Shown piece after piece: positions 1 to 7,769 of a DNA stretch of 15,310 nt. The position numbers and the translations under genes were made by a program. How positions within the stretch are numbered: position 1 is the first letter of the stretch; each line of letters begins with the position of its first letter. The notes under the pieces are model-generated. The model was not told the DNA's origin. It did not search any database and was given only the letters and a program-made list of their open reading frames with translations. Origin of the DNA: Myxococcales bacterium. Lineage in GTDB: Bacteria > Myxococcota_A > UBA9042. The stretch covers positions 1-15,310 of the forward strand of contig JBBISH010000138.1 in the NCBI GenBank assembly GCA_037441385.1, given 5' to 3'.

Positions 1-3000
1 CCGCAGATGGGGCCGCCGCCGCCCTCGATGGTGCAGAGCGCCGAGCAGCCGTCGCCGTCCTTGGTATTGCCGTCGTCGCACTGCTCGCCCGGCTCGAATT
101 GGCCGTTGCCGCACACCGGCTTGGCGCACACCGATGGCTCGCTGACGCAGAAGTAGCCGACTTCTTCCGTGCAGGTCAGGCTGCAGCCGTCGCCGCCCTT
201 CAAGTTGCCGTCGTCGCACTGTTCGCCGAACTCGATCTTGCCGTCGCCGCACACCGCGATTTCTTTGGTGCACTTCGAGGGCGCGCCGATGCAGATGTAG
301 CCGGGTTCGGGCACGCAGGTCGCCGTGCAGCCGTCGTTGTCCTTGGTGTTGCCGTCGTCGCAGATTTCCATGCCCAGGACGTCGACTTTGCCATCGCCGC
401 ACACGGGCTTGATGCAGACCGAGGGCTGCCCGTTGCAGAAGAACCCGAGCTCGACCTGGCAATTGGCGTCGCAGCCGTCGCCCGCCTTGAGCGCGCCGTC
501 GTCGCAGCCTTCGCCCGGATCCAGCTTGCCGTCGCCGCAGATGACGGTGGTCTTCTCGCTTTGGCAAGTTGCGGAGCAGCCATCGCCGTCCTTGAGGTTG
601 CCATCGTCGCATTCTTCGCCCGGCTCCAGTTTCCCGTTGCCGCACACGGACTTAGTGCAGATCGACGGGACGCCGTTGCAGATGTAGCCGGTCTCGACAT
701 CGCAGGTGGCGGAGCAACCGTCGCCGGCTTTCAAGTTGCCGTCGTCGCAGATTTCGCCCATTTCGATGGTGCCGTCGCCGCACACCGCCGCGGCGATCTG
801 GATCTGGCACTTGTCGTTGCAGCCATCGCCGTTCACGATGTTGCCGTCGTCGCACTCTTCGCCGAACTCGATCTTGCCGTTGCCACAGACCGGCTTGTAG
901 CAGCCCTGCGGGCCGGGGACAGCGCAGTAATAGCCCGTCTCGGTCTGGCAGGTCTTGCTGCAGCCGTCGCCGTCGGCGGCGTTGCCGTCGTCGCAGGTTT
1001 CGCCCACTTCTACGGCCGAGTCGCCGCACAGCTTGTTGCAGACCGAGCCCTGGCCAAAGGCGTTGGGCACGCTGACCAGCAAGCCGTCGGGGTTCAGGCC
1101 GCCGCCGGGGTGGTTGAACACGGCCACCGTGATGGTGTTGACGCCGGCCTTGTAGAGCTTGCTGGGCCAGTCGCCAAACGACTGACCGGGGCCGCTAAAG
1201 CCCGAACCGGTAAAGCCCGTGCTCTGGCCGTTGACCAGCACGTCTTTGATCTCGTTGTCGGCCCAAACCGTGCCCGCGAGCACGGTGCTGCCCGCCGCGT
1301 TCGCCGTGGGGATCGTGAAGGTTGCGGTGTAGTAGGTCACCGTCGCCGGCGGCGTTGACTGCAGGCAGCTGTAGCGGTTGACCCAGCGGGTGCCGACCGG
1401 CGGATTTTTCCAGGCACCAGGGGCGCAGTTGTCGGCCACCTTGGCGGGCACTTGCAGGCCGCCCAGGGTCGCCGACCACGACCAGACCAGATCGTCGGCG
1501 TCGATGGCTGCTACGCCGCCCTTGCCGTCCGAGCCCGTGTTGATGTTCGGCGCATTGTGGCAGCCGTAGCCCGCCTCGATCGTGCACTTGGCCGAGCAGC
1601 CGTCGCCGTCCTTGCTGTTCTTGTCGTCGCACTCTTCGTTGGCTTCCAAGAAGCCGTCGCCACACAGTTCCTTGGCGCAGTTCTGATCGCAACCGTCGCC
1701 GTTGGTCAGGTTGCCGTCGTCGCACTGCTCGGTGCCTTGGACCTTGCCGTCGCCGCAAACGACGGGCGGCTCCTTGAAGCACTCCATGTCGCAGCCGTCG
1801 CCCGACTTGGTGTTGCCGTCGTCGCACTGCTCGGTCACTTCCAACTTGCCATTGCCGCACACGGGCTTTTGGCACAGCGACGGGCCGCCCAGGCACACGT
1901 AGCCGGTCTCGGTCTGGCAGGTCTTGCTGCAGCCGTCGCCGTCGACCAGGTTGCCGTCGTCGCAGGTCTCGCCCACTTCGGTGGCGCTGTCGCCGCAGAG
2001 CTTGCTGCAGACCGAGCCGCCGCCAAAGGCATTGGGCAGGCTGACCAGCAGGCCGTCGGGGTTCAGGTTGCCGTTGTTCGGGTGGTTGTAGACGGCGACC
2101 GTGATGGTGTTGGCGCCGGCCTTGTACAGGCCGCTCGACCAAGAACCAAACGACAGGCCGGGGCCGCTGAAGCCCGAACCGGTGAACTTGGTGCTGACGC
2201 CGTTGACCAGCACGTCCAGGATCTCGTTGTCGGCCCAGACGGTGCCGGCCAGCACGGTGGTGGCGGCCGCTCCGGCGCTGGCGATATTGAAGGTGGCGGT
2301 GTAGTAGGTGACGGTCTTCTCGGGGGTCGACTTGCCGCAGCCGTAGCGGTTGATCCAGCTGCTGCCGGCGGGCGCGGTCTGCCAGGCGCCCACGGCGCAG
2401 TTGCCGGCCACGGTGGCTGGGGTCGAGGGGCCGCCCAAGGTCTCGGACCAGGTCCAAATCGGGTCGTCTTGGCCGATGTTCAGGGTGCCGCCGTTGCCGT
2501 CCGAGCCGGTGTTGATGTTGGGCGCGTTCTTGCAGCCGTAGCCGGCCTCGATCGTGCACTTGGCCGAGCAGCCGTCGCCGTCCAGGGTATTCTTGTCGTC
2601 GCATTCTTCGGCGTTTTCAAAGAAGCCGTTGCCGCACAGTTGCTTCTGGCACTTGCTGTCGCAGCCGTCGCCGTCCTTGGTGTTGCCGTCGTCGCACTGT
2701 TCGCCGGCCTCGAGCTTGCCATTGCCGCAGACGGCGGTGGGCAGCTTGGTGCAGACCGACGGCGACGCCGTGGTGCAGGTGAACAGCGGATCCACGGTGC
2801 AGGCGTTGGTGCAGCCGTCGATATCGACGTTGTTGCCGTCGTCGCACGCTTCGCCGGTCTCGACCTTGCCGTTGCCGCACCAGGTGGTCACGCCGCCCGA
2901 GACGGCGCAATCGCCGCTGCAGCCGACCAAACCTGCGGCGAAGATGCCCGTATCGTAGCTGCCATCACCGGCGTCGCAGACCACGATCGTCAGGGTGTGG

Positions 3001-3656
3001 ACGATGGTCGGGTCGTCCAGACCGACTTTGGCCACCAGGCGGGGCGTGGAGCCGTCGTACTGGGTGCCCGTCTCGGTGATGACCGACTTGCCGGAGAAGA
3101 ACGGGCCGTTGATGCTGATGGGGTTGCCCTGCGCGTCCAGTGCGACGTTCTTGCCGTCGACGAACACGCCGACCACGTCGTTGAACTGCTGCCCGACCCA
3201 CTCGGGGTACTCTTCGGTACCCACGATGTAGTCCAGGCGAATGCCGCTCATGCCGGTCTTGATCTTGAAATTGACCGTGAGTTTGGCGGCATCCTTGAAC
3301 AGGGCGCCGGGGGCGATGCTGTCGCACAGGGCGTCGCCGCCACCGCCCGTATTCATGCCGGCGGACGGCGAGTTGTTGGGCGGGAGGGCCATGGTGGCTT
3401 CGCCCGACGTGACGATGATGCCGTTGGCGATGCCGAGCGGGCCATTGGCGTAGGTGCCGCTGGCGACATCTGCACCGCTGTAGGTGGCCGAGACGAGATC
3501 GATGCCCGACGTGCCAAGCAGGGCCTGGGCCAGCTTCAACGCATCCGCGATCGGGGCGATCGTCATGTCGGCGGCGTGTGCCGGCGCCGCGGTCAAGGCC
3601 GCCGCCGACAAGGCCGCCATCGTCGCCAGGCGTGCCGTCCATCGAGCAAATTTCAT
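1..3656 (-). CDS. Large secreted/surface protein: signal peptide, choice-of-anchor-L-like domain, multiple myxobacterial Cys-rich (DUF4215-type) repeats and two lectin-like beta-sandwich inserts; 3' end runs off the window
   Basis: ATG at 3656 with AAAGGAAG upstream. It translates MKFARWTARLATMAALSAAALTAAPAHA|ADM (AxA signal peptidase site), then ..GIIVTSG..YIVGTEEYPEWVGQQFNDVVGVFVDGKNVALD..YDGST..VCDAGDGSYDTGIF (choice-of-anchor-L-like), then about 15 CG[DN]G..CDDGN..GDGC..C repeats. The same frame is still open at the window edge (..DGDGCSALCTIEGGGGPICG). It is presumably absent from the ORF track because there is no stop in the window. Confidence 0.92.
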   Translation of the reverse strand, partial: MKFARWTARLATMAALSAAALTAAPAHAADMTIAPIADALKLAQALLGTSGIDLVSATYSGADVASGTYANGPLGIANGIIVTSGEATMALPPNNSPSAGMNTGGGGDALCDSIAPGALFKDAAKLTVNFKIKTGMSGIRLDYIVGTEEYPEWVGQQFNDVVGVFVDGKNVALDAQGNPISINGPFFSGKSVITETGTQYDGSTPRLVAKVGLDDPTIVHTLTIVVCDAGDGSYDTGIFAAGLVGCSGDCAVSGGVTTWCGNGKVETGEACDDGNNVDIDGCTNACTVDPLFTCTTASPSVCTKLPTAVCGNGKLEAGEQCDDGNTKDGDGCDSKCQKQLCGNGFFENAEECDDKNTLDGDGCSAKCTIEAGYGCKNAPNINTGSDGNGGTLNIGQDDPIWTWSETLGGPSTPATVAGNCAVGAWQTAPAGSSWINRYGCGKSTPEKTVTYYTATFNIASAGAAATTVLAGTVWADNEILDVLVNGVSTKFTGSGFSGPGLSFGSWSSGLYKAGANTITVAVYNHPNNGNLNPDGLLVSLPNAFGGGSVCSKLCGDSATEVGETCDDGNLVDGDGCSKTCQTETGYVCLGGPSLCQKPVCGNGKLEVTEQCDDGNTKSGDGCDMECFKEPPVVCGDGKVQGTEQCDDGNLTNGDGCDQNCAKELCGDGFLEANEECDDKNSKDGDGCSAKCTIEAGYGCHNAPNINTGSDGKGGVAAIDADDLVWSWSATLGGLQVPAKVADNCAPGAWKNPPVGTRWVNRYSCLQSTPPATVTYYTATFTIPTANAAGSTVLAGTVWADNEIKDVLVNGQSTGFTGSGFSGPGQSFGDWPSKLYKAGVNTITVAVFNHPGGGLNPDGLLVSVPNAFGQGSVCNKLCGDSAVEVGETCDDGNAADGDGCSKTCQTETGYYCAVPGPQGCYKPVCGNGKIEFGEECDDGNIVNGDGCNDKCQIQIAAAVCGDGTIEMGEICDDGNLKAGDGCSATCDVETGYICNGVPSICTKSVCGNGKLEPGEECDDGNLKDGDGCSATCQSEKTTVICGDGKLDPGEGCDDGALKAGDGCDANCQVELGFFCNGQPSVCIKPVCGDGKVDVLGMEICDDGNTKDNDGCTATCVPEPGYICIGAPSKCTKEIAVCGDGKIEFGEQCDDGNLKGGDGCSLTCTEEVGYFCVSEPSVCAKPVCGNGQFEPGEQCDDGNTKDGDGCSALCTIEGGGGPIC

Positions 3657-3996
3657 GGCTTCCTTTGTGCCGGGAACGTGATCCCGTGCCCTGAGCGAAA
3701 TGGTGGTGGGGGCGCCCCCCAAAGCGTGTGCCTTCTTCACCAGGCGCGCTCCACCAATGTCGCTTGCGTACCCCAACCTAACCGCCGCGGCCTCCCCATG
3801 AGCGCGGCGATACGAGGGCGAAGAAGTGTAATCGAACCGTCACGGGTTGGTCAAGCTCAGCCCCGGTCATGGTCGCCGTTATCCATTGGCGTCATTGTGT
3901 ATTACTGCGAGATCACGCTGCCGACGTGGCGATCACGGTCGCCGCGGACCACCCACGTGCCGGCCGGTCCGGCGGCCTTCCGCCGCGATCCAACCT

Positions 3997-4044
3997 TGTG
4001 TCATGTCCTTGAATTGGCGCTGTGTCATGTCCTTGAATTGGCGC
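3997..4044. repeat. Perfect 24-bp tandem duplication TGTGTCATGTCCTTGAATTGGCGC x2
   Basis: Read directly at 3997-4020 and 4021-4044. Confidence 0.95.
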
Positions 4045-4050
4045 TAGAAT
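4022..4050 (+). promoter_or_regulatory. Candidate sigma70-type promoter for the downstream hypothetical gene
   Basis: GTGTCA (4022-4027), 17-bp spacer, TAGAAT (4045-4050). It would favour the ATG at 4118 over 4049 as the start. Confidence 0.35.
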
Positions 4051-5086
4051 GGTGCAAGGCTCGCCGCCAATCGGCCTTCGCCCTTGGACCGCGGCCGCCG
4101 GATTGCACTGGAGCCCAATGCCCCCACTGGTCGCACCCCGCCTGCTCGATTCCGCTTGGCAGGACTTGTGTTGGCACACCTTGGCCCAGCTGCCGCTACC
4201 AGCGCACGACGCCGCGAGCCTTTACGACCCGGCCTACATCGCTTGGTGCGACAAGTACTTGCTGGCCGACCGGCGCACGCTCGCCGTCGACGCCGGGCAG
4301 CTCGCCAGCTGGGTCGCGCACGCGCCGCACGGGCACTACCTGCAGCTGTGGCCGGCGCTGCACGACTCGGTCGAGGACTTTTCCAATCAGGCCAGCCGGC
4401 CGTTTCGCGAGGTGCGATGGCCGGATGCGGCGCGGCAACACCTGGCCCGCGCGTTGCTGCGGGCACTGCCCGAGGGCCTGATCGAGGTCTTCCGTGCCGG
4501 CCTTTGGGGCGAGCTGCGCGCTGGCTACTTGGACCTTCGCGAACGGCAGGTGCGGTCGCGCCTGGCTGGTCAATGGCACGCTATTGCGTCTGATCTGACA
4601 GGGCTGGGCGCGCACGTGCCGGCGGCGAGGCCGGTCACGTGGTCCATCCATCACCCTTTGCGCCGCCACGGTCGACTGCTTCGCGAACCCACGCTGCGGA
4701 TTGCGATTGGATTGCCCGACCCGGAGCTGGGGGTGCCCCGGTACGCCCCCATCTTGCAGGGCTGGCACGAGTTGGTGTTGCTGCAGGTGCAACGGGCCGC
4801 ACCGCCTGGAGAAGCCGCCGATCCGCGCGCCGGTCGGCCGGGTCATGCCGCCCACCAACGGGTCGAGCGCCTGGCCCTGACGCTGGGGGCGCGCCTGCTG
4901 GCGGTGCCGGAGTGGACAGAGCCGCAAGAAGCTTGGCTGCGCTGGGTGTTGCGGCGCGTACCGGCGGCTCAGGTGGCCGACGTGCGCGGCTGGGTGGCAG
5001 AGGGTCGTTTGCTCGACGACGCGTCCCGCAACGAACTGGAGGATTGGACGACCCGCGTTGGCGCAGCGTTGCGGTCTGACACATAG
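4049..5086 (+). CDS. Hypothetical protein, convergent with and overlapping the B12-rSAM/PIMT gene (true start may be the ATG at 4118, MPPLVAPR)
   Basis: 345-aa ORF with globular-protein composition (HTLAQLP..ASLYDPAY..RTL..QGWHELV..VERLAL). It fills a gap with no other plausible gene. No family recognised. Confidence 0.7.
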   Translation: MVQGSPPIGLRPWTAAAGLHWSPMPPLVAPRLLDSAWQDLCWHTLAQLPLPAHDAASLYDPAYIAWCDKYLLADRRTLAVDAGQLASWVAHAPHGHYLQLWPALHDSVEDFSNQASRPFREVRWPDAARQHLARALLRALPEGLIEVFRAGLWGELRAGYLDLRERQVRSRLAGQWHAIASDLTGLGAHVPAARPVTWSIHHPLRRHGRLLREPTLRIAIGLPDPELGVPRYAPILQGWHELVLLQVQRAAPPGEAADPRAGRPGHAAHQRVERLALTLGARLLAVPEWTEPQEAWLRWVLRRVPAAQVADVRGWVAEGRLLDDASRNELEDWTTRVGAALRSDT

Positions 5087-7182
5087 CGAACCGGGCCGTG
5101 TTGGCTGACCCGCCAGCCCGTGGGGTCGCGCTGCCAGCGGGTGAGGACCTGTTCCCCGTGGCCTAGCGGCGCCACCACCACCGCGCCCACCGGCAGGCGG
5201 TCGAGCAGGTCGCGCGGAGGCTCGGTCAGGGCAAAGGTGAACAGGACTTTGGTGAACCCGTCCGCCAGGTTGGCAAAGTCGCGCTGGGCTTGCTCCACCT
5301 GAACCTGCGGCAGGCTGGCCAGCCACCGCTTGGCGCGCCCCGCTAGGCTGGGTTCGGCTTCGACCGTGCGCACTTGGCCCGTCTCGCCCACGACGTAGGC
5401 CGCTAGGGCCGCGCCGTAGCCCGTGCCCGTGCCCAGCTCCAAGAAGTGGTCGCCGGGCTGCAGGTCCAGCAGGGTGTAGTTCAAGACGTAGGCGTGAGGC
5501 GCCGACACCGTTGCGGTCTGGTCGGCCAGCAAGGGCAGGGCGCGGTCCAGTCCGGCCCAGGGCAGGTGCTCGGCGGCCAGGAACTGCTCGCGCGGTACGG
5601 CGATCAGCGCCTCGCGGACGAGATCGCTTGCGCCAAAGCGCGCTTGCAGCGTGTGCGCGAGCGTGTGCCGCTGGTCGCGGAGCAGTTCGGCGGCTTCGGG
5701 ATCCCGGCGAGCATCGCTAGCTGGGTGCCCAAGTAGGTGCCGCCACAGGTGAAAGTCGCGGATGGTCTGCAGTTGCGTCGGCGGGCTGAACAACCGCACT
5801 TGGTGTTCTAGTGAGCGGGCAAACCAGGCGCGGGCCGAGCCCTGGTAGGCGAATTCGGCTTGGGCTTGGCGGACTAGCGGCCCAAACAGCTGGTAGGTCC
5901 GGCGGTGGCCCGCGCGAAAGTCCAGCGTGCGCGATGGATCGACCCAGGCGGCGGTAAAGGCGGGGTCGGCTCCGTCCCACCAGCGCGGGCAGTGGACCTG
6001 CGTGCCGTAACGCTCTGTAAAGTCGCGCAGGTTTAGATCGATGGGCGAGCCGGGATAGAAGCGGTAGGGGTCGATGGACACAAAGCCGGTGTGCGCCCAG
6101 TCGTGCTGCAACAGGTCGCGAACGTACGCCGCAGAAGTGTGCAAGCTCCCTTCGGTTTCCCCCGGATGACCGGCGATCAGGTTGGCGCCCCACGGCAGGC
6201 CCAGCCGGCCCGCCACCTGGATGGCCTGGCCAAAGCGCTGCAAGTAGTCGCCCGCGTCGTGGCTTTTGTGGACCACCGCCAACATGGCCGGGTCGCCCGA
6301 CTCCAGGCCAAAGCCCAGACCGAATCCGGCGTGGTGGAACTGCTGCAGATCGGCGTCGCTCAGCAGGTCCACGCGGCTGAGCGCCCAGAACTTGGCCACC
6401 GGCAGCTGCAGCGCCTGCAAACGGTCCAGCATCTCGCGCCGCCAAGCCGGTTGCAGGCCAAATAGCGGATCGCACAGGAAAAGTGGCCGGTTTGTCAGAT
6501 CCACGGTGGCGTGCAGGGCCAGCAGTTCCTGTTCGGCGCGCGCCGGCGAAAACGCCCGCCAGCCAGGACTTTGCTTGGCCGACTCCATGCAAAACGCGCA
6601 GTGGAACGGGCAACCCCGGCTCAGCGAGAAGGTCACCTGCGCCTTGGCCGCCCGCGCCGCCGGCAGATAGCGCGCAAGCAGCGACCAGTCCTGCGGCGGC
6701 AAATCGTCCATCTTGGCGACGATCTCGGGCCCCAGGACGCGCTCGCTCAGCCGCATCCCCGCCGCCACTGCCTGTACGATGCGCAGCAGGGGCCGCTCGC
6801 CCTCGCCCACCACCACATGGTCAAAGGGGCTGTCTGCGCTGGTGAAATCGCCCGGCCGGGCGCTGGGATGGTAGCCGCCCACCACCAAACACACGCCGGG
6901 GTTGCGCTCGCGGATGGCCACACCCAGGTGGTAAGTCTTCAAGTAGTCGAAGGAACTGTAGCAGGACAGGCCGACCACGTCCCACTGCCGCTGGAATACC
7001 TGCTGCGGCTCGGGCTTGGGCAGGCGGGCTTCCCAATCCAAGTCCAGGACTTGCACGTCGGCCGCGCTGTGGGCGCGGAGGTACGAGCCCAGCGACACCA
7101 GGTGCGGCACGCCAAAACTGCCGTCGGCCGCAAAGCTGCAGCCGGGCGAGACCAGCAGCACCCTTACGGGGGAATTCGCCAT
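4969..7182 (-). CDS. Cobalamin-binding radical SAM protein with a C-terminal protein-L-isoaspartate O-methyltransferase (PIMT/Pcm)-like domain
   Basis: B12-binding motifs (LVSLGSYL, DVVGLSCYSS, VVGGYHPS, DHVVVGEGE), the radical SAM motif SRGCPFHCAFC and GLESGDP. From about aa 515 it shows PIMT motifs: ALIAVPREQFL, TVSAPH, LQPGDHFLELGTGTGYGAA, LPVGAVVVAPLG, GPVRYV. Confidence 0.9.
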   Translation of the reverse strand: MANSPVRVLLVSPGCSFAADGSFGVPHLVSLGSYLRAHSAADVQVLDLDWEARLPKPEPQQVFQRQWDVVGLSCYSSFDYLKTYHLGVAIRERNPGVCLVVGGYHPSARPGDFTSADSPFDHVVVGEGERPLLRIVQAVAAGMRLSERVLGPEIVAKMDDLPPQDWSLLARYLPAARAAKAQVTFSLSRGCPFHCAFCMESAKQSPGWRAFSPARAEQELLALHATVDLTNRPLFLCDPLFGLQPAWRREMLDRLQALQLPVAKFWALSRVDLLSDADLQQFHHAGFGLGFGLESGDPAMLAVVHKSHDAGDYLQRFGQAIQVAGRLGLPWGANLIAGHPGETEGSLHTSAAYVRDLLQHDWAHTGFVSIDPYRFYPGSPIDLNLRDFTERYGTQVHCPRWWDGADPAFTAAWVDPSRTLDFRAGHRRTYQLFGPLVRQAQAEFAYQGSARAWFARSLEHQVRLFSPPTQLQTIRDFHLWRHLLGHPASDARRDPEAAELLRDQRHTLAHTLQARFGASDLVREALIAVPREQFLAAEHLPWAGLDRALPLLADQTATVSAPHAYVLNYTLLDLQPGDHFLELGTGTGYGAALAAYVVGETGQVRTVEAEPSLAGRAKRWLASLPQVQVEQAQRDFANLADGFTKVLFTFALTEPPRDLLDRLPVGAVVVAPLGHGEQVLTRWQRDPTGWRVSQHGPVRYVSDRNAAPTRVVQSSSSLRDASSSKRPSATQPRTSAT

Positions 7183-7185
7183 GTG

Positions 7186-7704
7186 CTAGCCAGGTTCGCT
7201 GGTGTCGGGCGCCGGCGGCGACAGGCAAATCTGCGGGGCGTCGGGCACGTCGTCCAATGCGTCCGGGGCAATCTTCAAGCAGACTTGCGGGGCGTCGTCG
7301 CCGGTGTCGCCCAGCGCGTCGTACGCATCTGGTTCGCGAGGCGACAGGCAGATTTGCGGAGCGTCGTCGCCGTCTTGGGCGTCCAGCGTGTCGGGCAGCG
7401 GCGGCTCCAGGCAGATCTGCGGGCCGTCGTCGCTGGCGTCGGTCGCGTCGGGAAAGACTCGCGACAGGCAGGCTTGCACCTCGCCCACCGCGGCGTCCGA
7501 GGTGTCGGCCGTGTCGGCCGTGTCAGCCGTGTCCGTCGTGTTGACGGTAGCCACACTCGATGAGAGGCACGCTTGCGCACCACAGTCCGCCAGCGCCACC
7601 GCCAAACCGGCGCCCATCAGGGACTTGCGGATAAAGGCGGCCCGCCGCCGCAGAATCTCGCGGGTGTCGGGGTCTAGCTTGGGATCTTCAGGGTCGAGGG
7701 TCAT
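7186..7704 (-). CDS. Putative multi-core precursor / modified lipoprotein with six Q-[AIV]-C-L repeats
   Basis: RBS GAGG upstream. The stop lies 3 bp before the start of the B12-rSAM gene. Leader ILRRRAAFIRKSLMGAGLAVALADC. Repeats AQACLS, VQACLS, PQICLE, PQICLS, PQVCLK and PQICLS sit in Asp-rich spacers. Confidence 0.85.
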   Translation of the reverse strand: MTLDPEDPKLDPDTREILRRRAAFIRKSLMGAGLAVALADCGAQACLSSSVATVNTTDTADTADTADTSDAAVGEVQACLSRVFPDATDASDDGPQICLEPPLPDTLDAQDGDDAPQICLSPREPDAYDALGDTGDDAPQVCLKIAPDALDDVPDAPQICLSPPAPDTSEPG

Positions 7705-7769
7705 CGTGCGACCTCGCTATTCATCAAGGTTTTTAGCAGGCTGACACAAGGGTGCCTTGATGCAAGGCT

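Noticed and set aside
99..4481. Long plus-strand ORFs 99..1358 (419 aa) and 1452..4481 (1009 aa), and minus ORF 1195..2604
   Set aside because: They are antisense or off-frame shadows of the repetitive GC-rich Cys-repeat gene. The AVAA/VAVV and RRRQ repeats mirror its CGDG/CDDGN codons.
5085..5630. Housekeeping pcm gene
   Set aside because: The domain is fused in frame to a B12-rSAM and lacks the usual surE/nlpD context, so no gene symbol was assigned.
7200..7570. Regularly spaced repeats as a CRISPR array
   Set aside because: The repeats are degenerate at synonymous positions and stay in frame, so they are protein repeats. No cas genes are present.
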